A DNA stretch of 64,000 nt, from NCBI GenBank assembly GCA_050575255.1, contig JBNZDD010013681.1, positions 4,001,147 through 4,065,146 of the forward strand. Reading direction: 5' to 3'. The stretch's first letter is position 1; each line of letters begins with the position of its first letter. The notes under the pieces are model-generated. The model made no database searches, had not been told where the DNA came from, and saw nothing but the letters and a program-made list of their open reading frames with translations. Source of the DNA: Harriotta raleighana. Its lineage: Eukaryota. Made by a program: the position numbers and the translations under genes. This document shows positions 1 through 12,927 of the stretch, in pieces.

Positions 1-716
1 CCAGAAATAAAAGGACTCCAACCAGATGAAACATCATCCCAGCTAATAACAGAATTACAACCAGTCACTTTACAGAAGCGTGGGCAGGTTTGTGAACAAA
101 ATTCTGNTTTACAGAAGCGCGGGCAGGTTTGTGAACAAAATTCTGCTGACAGTTTAAGGTACCAGAGGTAACTGCCTGATCATGTGGACGTTATAAGGTC
201 CCTTGACACTATTCAAAAAGAAGAGTGAGTTTCTCCTGGTTTCCTTGTCAACAATCCAACAGAGAAACATTTTGGTTAATCACAGAGTGACGGTTTGTGG
301 GACAAAGTTGTGCTCAAACTGACTTGAGGTTTTTTGCCAACAAATGCACAATCACTGCACGTGACTGCAGTTCCCTATAAAGTGCTTTGAGACGTTTTGC
401 ATTTTATCTGCATTGATAAAATGCAAGGATTATTATCATTAATAGGTTCCCACTTGCATCAACATGTACAAACCACTGAAAGAACTTTGGTACAATCATA
501 AACTCCCAAGATTTTTTTTTAACATAGCATCTGAAAGATGAAGGGATATTCGTCGATGTAAAATTCAATGATTTATGTGTTAGAGAATAACTGCAGAAGT
601 AGGGTTCACAGCTGTCAGAAATTACTCTTTTTAAAAAGCCAAAACTATAGTACAGTAATAAACAAACACAGATGTCTCTGATCATGTAATACTCATTATG
701 TGATTTTTATTTCCAG

Positions 717-822
717 TGTGTCCATTGAGAGAGTCTGAAGAGAGAACTAATGAAATACTGTGGCAAAGAGTTGGATGAACAGCAAGCAGAGAGATTCTTC
801 TCCAGGGCTCATTTTTCAACCC
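717..822 (+). other. Candidate upstream (5'UTR) exon, possibly of LHFPL2
   Basis: Branch-like tactcat (~690), tttttatttccag| acceptor at 716/717, CC|GTGAGT donor at 822/823. 106 nt, purine-rich, not obviously repeat-derived. Confidence 0.4.
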
Positions 823-1129
823 GTGAGTTTCTAAAGCATGTTCTTAAATTTCTCACCTCCTGTTCACAGGCTCAGTCACACTGCTAGTGTTCATTATACT
901 TTATATAGAGGGAAATTAATAACTGGAAAAAGTTACCAGGAAGTGGAGATGGGGTCATGGTTTGGGACTCATTTAAGAACACCTCTGATGGGATGAAAGT
1001 GGTCTTGGATGGATGAGAGTAATTTGGTTTTCTTCTATCCAATCATGTCTTGTGTTCTTTGATGTCTGAGCTCAGAGGGTGAAAATTGTGCCTGACTGGC
1101 TAAAATAGTGATCCTTTCACTACGTCTAC

Positions 1130-1377
1130 TAATAATAAGTAATAATCCATGGATTTGATTTAGCGCTTTTCACATCTGTGGGCAAACACAGCAGCCAATT
1201 GCACACAGCAGTGTCCCACAAACATTTGTGGATTGAAAATTATTTTTTTTTTTCTTGAGGAATTATTATCAGATGTGTGGAGTGAGCAAACTTGTCCACG
1301 GTGTCACCCTGCTAGGAATCAAACCCAGGTCTCTCGCTTGTGAGGCGAGTGCTCTAATCACTGAGCTACAGGATTCC
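1130..1377 (-). mobile_element. tRNA-headed SINE (short variant, internal deletion)
   Basis: Antisense A-box (actgagcta) and B-box (ggaatcaaacc), core gcagccaattgcacacagcagtgtcccacaaac, (taa)n tail. Confidence 0.85.
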
Positions 1378-2774
1378 ACATACAACTGTATAACTACATA
1401 TAACTATATAACCAGCTATTTGTCCACAAGAATGAAAGCAGGTGTAGAAAATCACAAAATACAGTCAATTCACTTTACACTAGATTCTGTGAAGTGCTTT
1501 GAGACATCTCAATGACGCACCATATCAAATCCAAGGATTATCATCTGTACTATCTATTTGATATTTTTTGGTGGGTGCTTTATTGAACCAAGTTTCCTAC
1601 CTCCATTTCCAACAGCTGCTCCAGTACACATTCACACAAATTTCCAGCACTTATTGGCACAAAAGCAACGATTAATTCTCATTTAGCACTTGTTCATACA
1701 GTCACTCATTGGATTCAAGGCTGGATCACTAGAGAGAGAGCAGTCCCAGCTGCTCTGTTCATCCAAACTGACCAGCGATGGGTAAGAGAATTGAATTGAT
1801 CTTCAGTTTTTCTGCAGCAACTAAATACTGTAGGTGTAATTGTTACTGGGCGTTTAGCATTAATCTGATTAACAGATGTTAGAAGGAAATTTTCAGATGA
1901 GTGGATTATTATAAAGAGGTCAGCTGATAAGCAGAGACTGTGTATGTGTTTTGTTGGCTGACGGCAGGCTGATGGCAGGCTGATGGACCTAAGATCAGGT
2001 CAGATAAGATTGTGGCAGCTGGCAAGCAATTCAGCTTTGGCAGCCTGTTAGCACGATACTTACAGATACAGCTGCCGCCAAACACCATAGATAATATGCT
2101 CCTTCACGATCTTGTGCTTTCTTTATTGTAGAAGCTGAACAGGGATTTGAATAAAAGGCCAGCTGGGCTCATTGCTTGTTGGCAAGCACCTCCAGAGGAT
2201 GTTGAATAATTGCTGCACTAGATGCTGTGAATAAATATTTCTCCTGGAAAAAGAAAGGCTGTTTAAACATGCAAGCTTGTATCACATTATAGGCTGCTCC
2301 CTATGTTTTGTGTCTTGAGGGGCAGAATCTCTGCTCTTTTGTCCCTCTTCAGCTGCTCTGATACATAGATTGAGAGGGATTACAATCTATGTGTATTCCC
2401 AGACTGTTCAAGGCATTCTGTCTTGTTAAACTTGTTTCATGCTGGGGGTAGGGAAGTGGGAATGTCATGGATGCTGGAGGCATCTTTATTTCCAATTGCC
2501 CCATCATTAACTTTTACGACATCAAGTGCTAGGAAAAGCTAATATTTTGAGGACACATTTAGGGGTATGAACACATGGATTTTCAAGGTGAAAGAAAACC
2601 AAGGTCCATCCAGTTTGCCCTCCACTGTCCTGACAGTCACTTGACTGGTCGCTTTCCAAATGCCATGTTGATTGGGAAAAAAATATTGTAGTTCATCATT
2701 TGAATCCCAAAATAAAGAAAACTCTTCACTGCTTCAACAAACATGCTCCTCAATTCTTTAATAAACACCTGTGC

Positions 2775-3195
2775 CAGCCCAGCTCAGTTGATAGAATTCT
2801 CAGCTCAGATTCAAAAGGCTGTGTGGGTTCAAGTCCACATCAGTACTTTGAACTCACAGTTTAAGATATTGTTCTAATACAGTACTGGAGATGTGATGTA
2901 TTTTGGAGGTGTTTTTTTGGATGAGGTGTTAATCCAAAACCCTGACAGCCTGTCCTGGTGGATGTTAAAGATCCTGAGGCACTATTTGTAAAGAGAAGGG
3001 AAGGTATCCTGGTTTCCTGACCAAAAATTCCTCAAATAAAATTGATCACTCACTTCATTAGCTGTTTGTGAAACATTGCTGTGTTTGCCTACAAAATATA
3101 CTGTTACCCCTCTTCACAGTGAAATCTTGTAAAGAGCTTTGAGACATCTTCACAAAGTGATAAAGTGCTATATAAATGTAAGGATTATTATTGTT
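2775..3195 (+). mobile_element. Older Deu-domain SINE (SacSINE1/AmnSINE1-like)
   Basis: agctcagttgatag...gggttcaagtcc head; ggatgaggtgttaa...ggtggatgttaaagatcc...gcactattt central domain; L2-like tail. Family name is from recalled similarity, not a search. Confidence 0.7.
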
Positions 3196-3559
3196 ATCTA
3201 ATTTGCCACCACTCTGTCATCTGTTCCACATACACATTATCAGTACCCTCTCTGAACTTTCACTCTGTTTACCTTCCCTTTTTTTAACTTTGTTAAATGA
3301 TTTTAACTGATGATGAAATGTGGATCAATTATAGGCAGTTCTAAACTTTGTCTGTCGACAGCGTGCTGAGCTATCAATATTGAAAGCAGACTTTGCAATG
3401 TGAAATGATAGTTGGCATTTCACCTTACACTTTGATCCATTGAGGTCTGTGATGGCCTTCCTGCACATAAATGATGATAAAGTTTTGTTTTGTGTTCTTA
3501 GAGAGATTTGGATATAAGACACTAGATCAATCCTCAACCATTCAATAACAAACACTCTC

Positions 3560-4290
3560 ACTTATATAGTGCCCTCCACGCAGGGTAGTGTCTCGAATCA
3601 CTTAACAGTGCCGGAGCCTGACTCAGAGCTGGTGGTGGGGTAGGTGACCATAAGCATGGTCAAAATAGGTTTTCGAGCAGGACTTGAAAAGGGGGAGAGG
3701 GGGGGCAAAGCAGAGGAATTGAGGGAGAGTGTTCCAGAGTTTTGGGGCAGAGTGGCTGAAAGTACGACCTCCAATGGTGGGGCAGAGGGAGCGAGGAATG
3801 AGCAGGAGGCTGGTGCCAGTCGAGCCGAGGTGTCGGGTGATGGATTGGGGAGTGAGGAGGTTGGAGAGGTAGGGAAGTGCTAGGGAGTTAATTGATTTTA
3901 ACATGAGTGTGAGGATCTTGAAGTTGATCTGTTGTATGATGGCGAGCCAATGGAGCCTGGCCACACCAATGAAATGGAGCTGTGGAGTTTAGTCCGGGTC
4001 AGTATGTGGGCAGCAGAGTTCTGAATGAGCTGTATTTTTTAAACAGCGAAGCTGGGAGATCGGCGATGAGTGCATAGGAGTAATCCAGATGGGTGTAGAC
4101 AAACACATGTGCAAGGGTTTTGGCTGCATTTGGGCCAATGTACAGTCGGAGGCAAGCAATGTGGCGGAGGTGGAAGAAGGCTGTGCTGGTTAGGGACTAG
4201 ATGTGGGGGAGGAAGCACAGCTAGGGGTTGAACTGGATGCCTAGATAAAGCACTGGTTCAGTGAATCTGAGTGAGAGGCTAGGGAGGTTG
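3560..4290 (-). mobile_element. L2-clade LINE 3' fragment
   Basis: Minus ORF LHWL..QQINFKIL...PYLSNLL...IGGRTFSHSAPKLWNTLP...FKS..KT is the L2 ORF2 C-terminus; 3' tail near 3560. Confidence 0.88.
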
Positions 4291-4439
4291 AGTGAAAGAA
4301 TCTTTAACACAGCTTTCTGGTGATCAGTGTAGGAAGAAATCTGATCAAAGAAAGGATAGAAGGCTTGTGAGCAATAAGTATCAGATTTTCAAGGAAATCA
4401 GGAAAGAAAAGTTAGAGTTTTTTGAGCTTTGAAAACTTG

Positions 4440-4770
4440 TTTTATGTCATTGCATCGGAAATTATGGGATGTAATGTGGATTTACCAAATTATGAATAAT
4501 TAAAGAGAGGAAAACTTTCTACTTATTGGTGAGTCGGTAACAAGGGAAATTAACAAGGAAACAATTTTTTTTCACAATTAGGGTTGATTGTTAGAATATG
4601 GAATGCTTTACCATGCACAACTGTTGACGTTAATTCCATAGAAACATTTTAAAGATAACGTGATTAAAACTTGTAATAATTAGGATTGAAATAATGAGTG
4701 CAGGAAAAGAGCAGGCAAATGGAATTAAAGTATTTGTAAAAATGGCACTAGCTCAATGCGGTGGACGAGC
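4440..4770 (+). mobile_element. Old CR1 3' fragment
   Basis: Degenerate similarity to the CR1 ORF2 C-terminal region (gttagaatatggaatgctttacca...gaaaagagcaggcaaatgg). Confidence 0.5.
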
Positions 4771-4822
4771 TAGTGGTGGTAATAATAATAATAATAATGT
4801 TTGCATTTGATATAGCGCTTAT

Positions 4823-5241
4823 ACAACAATAACTTTGATTTATATAGCGCCCTCCATGCCAGATGGCGTCTCAGAGCGCTTCACGATAGTTGGATCTCGG
4901 GACCGAGCCAGGGTCAGTGTAGAAAGGTGACCAAAAGCTTGGTCGAAGAGAAAGGTCTTCAGCTGGGACCTGAATCTGGGAAAAGAGGGGGCGAGGAGAA
5001 GGGAGTGAGGAAGAGAATTCTAGAGTCTCGGGGCATAGTGGCTGAAGGCACGGCCGCCAAGAGTGGAGTGGAGGATTCGGGGGACATGGAGGAGGCCAGA
5101 TCGGTGGAGCGAAGGCAATGGGCGCTGGTTTGAGGAGAGAGATCAGAGAGGGAAGGGATTGCAGAGGAGTGGAGGGATTTGAAGACAAGGGTGAGGATCT
5201 TGAAATCAATTCTCTCTGGGATAGGGAGCCAGTGAAGTCTG
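4823..5241 (-). mobile_element. L2 3' fragment inserted in a SINE
   Basis: L2-like 3' region with (caa)n tail, flanked by gcttat at 4817-4822 and 5242-5247. Confidence 0.8.
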
Positions 5242-5290
5242 GCTTATCACATTCTAGACGTCTCAAAGTGCTTCACAGAATATACTGTAA

Positions 5291-5883
5291 ACAACAACAA
5301 ATCAAATCACATTTATAACAACAGCAAGAACAAAGTTACATTTGTACAGAATCTTTCATGTCAGGAGGACGCCCCAAGGCGTTGGATAGTTACCGCTTTA
5401 GACCCGAGCTGAGGACCGATGGGTCCATCGAAGAGTCTTGAGGCGAGACTTAAAGGAGGCCAGCAAAGGGGCGAGGCGAAGGGGCTTCGGGATGGAGTTC
5501 CAGAGATTGGGGCAGAGTGACTGAAGGCTCGCCCACCAATGGTTGGGCGGGTGGGTTGGGGGACGTGGAGCACGCCAGAGTCTGCTGAATGGAAGGGGCG
5601 GGCAGGTTGGTAAGGGGATAGGAGGTCATGGATGTATGGTGGGGTGAGGTTGTGCAGGGCTTTAAATGTGAGGACCAGGATTTTGAATTGGAGTTGAATT
5701 GAATTTTNTGGGGGACGTGGAGCATGCCAGAGTCTGCTGAATGGAAGAGGCGGGCAGGTTGGTAAGGGGATAGGAGGTCATGGATGTATGGTGGGGTGAG
5801 GTTGTGCAGGGCTTTAAATGTGAGGACCAGGATTTTGAATTGGAGTTGAATTGAATTTTATAGAGCACCTTTCACATTGGGAA
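5291..5883 (-). mobile_element. Nested L2 3' fragments
   Basis: PTIGGRAFSHSAP motif; an L2 tail at 5291-5317 resumes at 5857-5883 around an inner copy at 5318-5856. Confidence 0.8.
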
Positions 5884-6472
5884 TGAATTGACTGTATATT
5901 TGTGGGTGAAATGTGGCAGCCAATTGTGCCCAGCAGTTTCCCACAAATAGTCATGGATTGAAATGACCAATTTTATTATTGAGTATTTTTTGGAGGGATT
6001 ATTATCAGGTGTGTGTGTGTGTGCGTGTGGACATTTTTGCAAGGTTTCACCCTGACCTCCCGGGAATTGTACCCAGATGGGGAGGGGAAGGGGAGGGAGA
6101 ATAGGGGAGTGGAAGAGGGGGTAGGGGTAGAGAGGCTGACTGTGGAACAGTGGCATCCTGCATCACAGAACATACATTTAGACAAGCAGCGGGAACAAAA
6201 TAAAGGACACGGACTAAGCTAAGCCTTAGCACAACCATGAAATTACACTTTTGAAGCACCTTTCATGTCAGGAGGACGTCCCAGTGATTATAAATTATAC
6301 ATTTATCTTTATCGTTATAAAGATGCCTAAGCGAAAATCAAAGTAAAAATGTTAGAGAGAAGGCCCATTAATTGAAACTGAAGAACAAAGTCCTCCCACA
6401 GGAGTCCTCCCAGATAAGTACAGATAAAGATGAAACTTCCGAATGTGTGTCTGTGGGGCAATCTACATTCTA

Positions 6473-6731
6473 CAGTGAAACCTTGTTTATCCGGCATGTT
6501 CGGGGGGTCGACTAATTGACTGTGCTGGATAAACGGGGGACATGTTGTCGAAAACCCAACATTAAAAAAAACCCAAGTTGGTAAGTTTACTAAATACGCA
6601 TACGCACGCATTGCACGCATGCACAAAGTAAGCAAACTCGCGATTCTGCAATGGGGAATTGCCCCGGGAGGGGGTTGAGTAATTGAATTGGGTTACGGTT
6701 GATTGGGTCACAGATGAACAAGGTTTTACTG
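6473..6731. mobile_element. Tc1/mariner (pogo/Tigger-type) MITE
   Basis: TIRs cagtgaaaccttgtttatc / gatgaacaaggttttactg (17/19 match), TA on both sides (6471-6472, 6732-6733), internal inverted repeat gtttatccggca/tgctggataaac. Confidence 0.85.
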
Positions 6732-7149
6732 TATATTGGTTCCTTTGGTTACAAGTGAAGCTGCAGCAGGTACAGGTAGTATTTTAAAAGTTGGATAAAT
6801 GGCTAAATCATAACCTTTTCTTGGTTCCAAATCATTATGAATCCTTTTCAAATGCTCTCCAAACTTATAACATTGCTACTGCACATACTGGATGCATTGA
6901 CGTACTCGTCAGGCAAAACAAGTATAACTAAATGCAAGTTAGTGGCAAGGACCTTCTACATGTTTATTTTATTTGTTATGCATTAGTCGTTTAAAATCTG
7001 ACTTGTAGTTAACTTTGCCTAAGTCATATGATACGAGTTTGTCTGCAACTCTTACTTCACATAAGTCATGTTGAATGTCATGATCCTGGCTGATACAAGC
7101 TATGTGAGTTTACCTGTAAGATAACAACAGCCCAAGTACAATGCAGTGG

Positions 7150-7290
7150 GGGAGGGATTGCTCCAGAACAAGCACAATGCAACAGAGGAGTGAGAAGTAA
7201 CACAAACATGATGCAGTGAGGCAGCTGACAGCAACATAAACACATTGAGCCAAATGGCCTCCTTCTGTGCTGTAAGATCTTATGATTCTC
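7150..7290 (+). mobile_element. CR1 3' terminus fragment
   Basis: gagccaaatggcctccttctgtgctgtaagatcttatgattct resembles the CR1 3' ends at 26275 and 63600. Confidence 0.55.
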
Positions 7291-7854
7291 AGTGTAATTG
7301 CATTTTATTAGTTGCACTTCAGAAGAATTTATGACTGTGTTTCCTTCATATATGTGTACAACTTGAAATCAGCGGTGGGACAGTCAGTATTGCAACATAT
7401 CTAATATCGATTTCAATAGTCAAGTTCCCTGTTTTGAAACAGCAACTCTCCTGTTGGTCGCAGAGTGGGAACATTTACAAATGTTTCCTGGCCGTTCAAG
7501 TGTCAAGTGAGTGTTACGAATATATCACCGGAGAATGGAAAGACATTGAAACCTTCACTTGTACACAGACCACCATTTAGTGGCCCTTGGTGGTCCTTCT
7601 GTTATATCTGGTGAAATTTAACAAGAAGCAGGTTTAAGATGAAATATTTTCTCTAAGTGGGTGGTGGACTTCGAGGATTAATACCACACCAATAGTTCAG
7701 ATCCAAGTGAACTCAAAGCCAATATATGTTTCCAAGAGAAAGGGGGCCCTGGAGTGGTCTGTTCTGTGTAAACATTGAACTTTTAAATCCTCTACTTGGA
7801 AATTATGGTCAGATTTTCCTATTTTGATGAATGACTTGCTTTTTTTGATCCAAT

Positions 7855-8097
7855 GCGTATCTTCCTATTCCCTTACTCCAAACCCCCGAATAATAATCCA
7901 TCAAAAACCCCCACCATAATAAAAATTGGTCATTTTCAATCCACAACTGTTTGTGGGACACTGCTGTGTGCAATTGGCTGCCGCGTTTCACTCACAAATA
8001 TACAGTCAATTCACTTTACATTATATTCTATGAAGCGCTTTGAGATGTCGGTAAGATGTGAAAAGCGCTATATCAAATGCAAAGATTATTATTATGT
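7855..8097 (+). mobile_element. SINE, 5'-truncated
   Basis: Core tgtttgtgggacactgctgtgtgcaattggctgcc and tail aaaagcgctatatcaaatgcaaagattattatt. Confidence 0.85.
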
Positions 8098-8577
8098 ACA
8101 CACTAGACAGTGTGGATTGCTGGAGAGTGGACTTGAATGGAACCCTAACTGATACCTCCTTCTCTCAACCCCTTGTTTGTGGGAAAGCTAAGGCTAGTTG
8201 TACTGACCCACTGCTCCTGTCTTAGGCAAATTTCCTTTCTCTGCACACCTCTGTGAATTATCACAGAAACTGAAGAGAAACTGAAGAAGATTCTCATTAT
8301 TATTAGAATCCAAGTGAAGAAACTAGCAGTAAGTAGGAATCCGGTTGTTAGTCGATTGGCAGATCTATTTCCGGGGATAAAGATCCCTTGACAAAAAAAG
8401 GTCACTCAATATACGACTGTTTGTGCACATTTTACACTTATATAGTACCTTTCACATTGGGAGGAAGATTCAAAGTGCTTCACAGAGCAGACTGAGAGCC
8501 TGAGTTAGGAGTACATGGAACAGAGAAGGGAAAATATGACTAAAAATGCAATGTAAAGAAAAATCCAAGGGTGGAAA

Positions 8578-8860
8578 GTAACAACAACAACAACAAAATT
8601 ACATTTATAGAGAGCCTTCCAGGTAGGGAGGGTAAGGCACTGAACAGTCAGGATGGGACCCAAGCAAGGAAGAGGAGCAGGGTAAGGGGGAGGGGTGGGA
8701 GAGAGTTAGGTGGGGAGGGAGAGAATTGGGAGGGCAGCAGAAGACATGGTCGAAGAGGAGAGGAATGAGGTGGGAGATTTGTTGATGGGATTCCCTAGAG
8801 TTTAGGTGCGGGAAGCAGGGTAGAGGCAGAATAGTTGGAAATTTTTTCACCAATGGTTTG
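8578..8860 (-). mobile_element. L2 3' UTR/tail fragment
   Basis: (caa)n-aaattacatttatagagagccttcc tail plus purine-rich body, like the other L2 copies. Confidence 0.65.
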
Positions 8861-9144
8861 TCAGGTTAGTTGAAGGGTTAACCATCTAAAACTAATCAAT
8901 TATTGAATATGTAGGAAAATTTACTCAGAAGCTGCTACTCTGTTCCTGTTTCTTCAGTATTCTGCCCTGTTGCACAGGTATTCAATTTGCAGAAGAGGCA
9001 TTAATTGTTTATGCTCCCCACCTGCGCGCCCCCAAACTCTCAGGAACTTCTGCTGATTTCCTGCTTTTCTGCACAAGATCTCTCGAACGTTTATCTTTAA
9101 TGATATCGGCCACAGTGAAAGCTGAGTACTAGAATCTGAAGTGA

Positions 9145-9335
9145 TAATCTCTTCAAAAAGAAATGTCACTCAATCCACGACTGTGTGTTGGACCCTACTG
9201 TGCACAATTGGCTGCCTCGGTTCGCCCACACCAATATACAATTGATTCACTTTACGGTATATTCTGTGAAGCGATTTGAGAGCCTCGACAATGTAATAAG
9301 GCAACCTGATCGAATGCAAGGATTATCATTATTAT
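9145..9335 (+). mobile_element. SINE 3' half
   Basis: Same core and tail; flanked by tagaatc(tg/c)aagtga, a possible TSD. Confidence 0.75.
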
Positions 9336-11063
9336 TAGAATCCAAGTGAAAAAAATGAATTGAGAGACGTAAAATGCTAGGAATGGAGATAACTTGTCTG
9401 ATTCACTGGAATGAGAGGTTAATGCTCCTTTGAAGCCGAGTGTGTTGTTCGTGCTCGTTTGTGGCTATGGTTTTGTGCAGTGAGGCGGGGTTTATTTTTC
9501 TAGTGTTATTTTGTTGCCTTGTACAGTGAACCCAACTCTCCTCGATGTAATGGGATCCCTCACTCAGGTTGTTCTGGCAGCTGCTTGTTTGAACAGAGGG
9601 TGGTTTATCTGTACACCACATCAGTCTCCATTCCTTTCCACACTAAGCACATCAGTTTCACCAGTTTCCTCTCTTCACTTAGCATGAAAGCAGATTACGA
9701 TTTGGTTAGGAGTACAAATGAGATCACACCAGTGATGGAACAGTGTAAATCCTCTTCAGCTAAGTAGAAGCTGGAAGCAGTTTGACACCAGGTACCAGAA
9801 AAAAAAAGCAATACAGTATTATTGTTTAAAACAATTGTTTTCGTAGGGCTAATGTTGTGTAGTTTACCACCTCCTCACACTAGTATCCTTCGAGTGGAAA
9901 TTTGTGAGATTGGCAGAAAGTTTTGTAAATCATGAATCCCAGATAAATCAGCCCGATCCGCTGATATGCTGGTCTGTGCCTGTTCAGGTGGACAGTTGTG
10001 GATGTTAAAGATTTCATGCTACTATTCTAAAATCAACAGGAATTTCTCCCGGTGCCTTGGCTAACAATTCCCCAGGTAAAATTGGTCATTCACTGTGGTT
10101 GTTTTCATGGCTGTGCTCAAAATTGGCTGCCGCATTTGCCTACAAAATACACAGTCATTACACTTTAATGTAAACACATCCTGAGAAGCACTTTGAGATT
10201 TCCTCCTGACTTGAAAGGGATTATGTGTGGTATAGTTATAACCTATACTCAAGGATGTGATGAGGCACTAAATCAAATGCAGGGATTGTTATTATATTAT
10301 TATGATCTTGTGCAAGAGAGATACCAGGGATCTCTTTAGCTTGAGTGACTCATTTACTGTGGTCCACTACATTTTCAGAAGAAATTAGCCAGATGGTTCA
10401 CTCCTGCCTGAAGTTGTTTCTAGGTTTGTCTGTGGTTTTGTAATCTTTGTTCAGATGCAACAAAGAGGTAAGATTAAACCCATGCTCACATCTTTGGTTT
10501 CTGCTGAAACGGAATATCATGCGAAAAATAATTTGTGTGAGAATTGAGAATTATGTCAGGGTACAGAATGAAAATAAAATGCTGTGATTGATTTTCTTGG
10601 GCTGTTCTCTCTAATTTCGAGCCCATAATTTCTAGTAAGTGTTGAAAGTCTGTGTTACACAATAATGCAATAATACAGCTGTGTTGAATTCACAATAGCC
10701 TTCTGTTGGTGAGCTGACCCAGTGGGCCACAGATCATGGGGTGGGGAGGGGATAAACAGGGCATCATTAGCAGCCAGAGTAGCAAATGACAAAATCAAGG
10801 GAGGGATGGTCTCAGACATTAATCAAATTTTTGATTAATGTGTTTTTTAAGATGTTTCTATTTGGCTGGCTTTATGCTTTTTGGGGCTTCTGTATACTGT
10901 ATCTTCTTCCCATTGTATTTCTCCTGCCTCTTTCAGCAACCTTTTCAGGCAGGATTAGAACCATTAGCCTCATCAAGACTATCCACCCAGCTTCCCTAAA
11001 GATTTATTTGTTTAATACATCTACTGTACCTCACATAGAGTGGACCAGTCAGTGTCACTAAAT

Positions 11064-11505
11064 CAATGGTGGCCAATCCATGGTACGCGGGCTGGAAGTG
11101 GCCCATCGAACATTCATGCTAGTCTAAATCAATCGGTTTCAAATCGTTGTTTTGTTTCCATTTTTTTCTTGATTGAATATGCTTTGATTTATCTTCACAA
11201 CTCAAGGAATATTCGTTGACCTGAATTATTTTACAGTCATTTCCAGGGAACTGTTTATTTCCTTTTTGAAATCTTTTATCATTCCCTGTTCCAACACTTG
11301 TTCTTGTACTCTTTCCACAACTAAAAATACAACAGAGGAATTCTTTTACAACTATACTTGTTAACACATGTAAGAATTGTTAGTACAAGTAGATCAATAG
11401 TAGAGAAGTGTATCGGTGGCGAACCTGCTGGAACTTGGCACAGGCGCCGATCTCTTATGGACTGGCAGAAGCCTCCTCTGGCCTCAATCCAGTTGGCCCA
11501 TGATA
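11064..11505. mobile_element. Possible old hAT MITE
   Basis: Starts caatggtggccaatccatggtacgcgggc...ggccc and ends ...ggcctcaatccagttggccca; termini are degenerate. Confidence 0.35.
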
Positions 11506-11774
11506 CACCTGTCAGACTCACTACGGCAGTTACAAATCCTTTTGTATCTCTCAGATTACAATGTTGAAGATCTGAAGATGGCAGATATATTGAATATATA
11601 TATATCTATATTATACCGGTGTTCACAGATAAAGACTTATCAAAATCCAGATGCAATTGTTTGGACTCAAGACTTTTTATCACATCTACATCAGCAGAAC
11701 ATGTGTTGTGAAGAAAGTCAAATAAATCTGTGTTGAAAGCCAACTTTCCTGTAGCCATATATTACAGTTCAGTT

Positions 11775-12927
11775 GATTGTCAACAAGACTGAGGCCTTCC
11801 AGATTGGCTCGCGCCAGCGCCTTCATACCTCAGGCACTGGCAGTATCAACCTCCATGGTTGCACAATCTGGCACCTCTGTATCATTCTAGATGTCTGGGT
11901 AGAACTGAATATTCATCTTATTTCATTTTACATTTCACTTCAAATGATTGCTTCAACAAGTGTCTGCCCTTGTTGGGTGGGAGATAAGCGCAGTTTCCTT
12001 GGAGCTAGATTGGCTCCAAGGTGACATGTTTGCATATTTCTTTGGAGCCTTGACATCAAGTTCTGGATGAGAGCCAACTTTCTACAGCTGAATGTCGGGA
12101 AGAGTGAGGCCCTCCTGATTGGCTCATGTCAGTGCCTCCGCACCTTAGGAACTGGCAGCATCAGCATCCATGGTTGCATACTCCACCTCACAAAGCCAGT
12201 CAGGAATCTAGGTGTCTTGTTCGATCCTCAATTCCCTTTTCTCCCTCACATGACCCATTCTGCCATCCCTCTCCTCCACAACATTGCCCGACTATGCCAC
12301 TACCTCACCCCTCAGGCTGCTGAAACTTATTTATGGGTTCATTACATTCAGGCTTGACTCTGCCACTGCCCTGTTTGTCGGCCTTCCCAACACCTCCCTC
12401 CATAGGTTGCAGTTCATCTAGAACTCTGCAACCTGTGTCCTCTCCCACACTCAACTCTGCAACTCTATTTTCCCCATTCTCGCTCAATTCCATTGGCTCC
12501 CTATTATTAAGAGGATTCAATTCAAGATCATGATGCTCAACTTTAAAGCCCTCCATGTCCTTGCCACACCTTACCTCTTCACCTTCCGTAGCCCCTATCA
12601 ACCTGTCCATTCTCTCCGCTCTGCTGGCTCTGGCCTGCTCCATGTCCCCCGACCCACTTGCCCCACCATCGACGGATGAACCTTCAGCTGCTCTACCCCC
12701 AATCTCTGGAATTCATCCCGCAATCCCTCTGCCTTGCCTCCTTCGAATCCCACCTCAAGACCCTCCTCTTCGATGATGCCATGCGTCACTCTCCTTCCCT
12801 TCCCCTCCCTTCCCTCCATACTCCCTGATCCTGACCGCAACTCGGTTCCGAAACACTGACTGTCCAGTGCCTTGGGTGTCTTCCCCATATGAAAGGCACT
12901 ATATGAATGTAATTTTGTTGTTGTTGT
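11775..12927 (+). mobile_element. L2 LINE fragments (11775-11870 and 12050-12927)
   Basis: WMRANFLQLNVGKSEALLIG...VRNLGVLFD, then the ORF2 C-terminal region and the tail gaaaggcactatatgaatgtaattttgttgttgttg. Confidence 0.88.

Larger units (their letters stand above)
4782..6070 (-). mobile_element. tRNA-headed SINE split into three pieces by L2 insertions
   Basis: Pieces 4782-4822, 5242-5290 and 5883-6070 concatenate into the SINE consensus seen elsewhere in the window. Confidence 0.75.
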
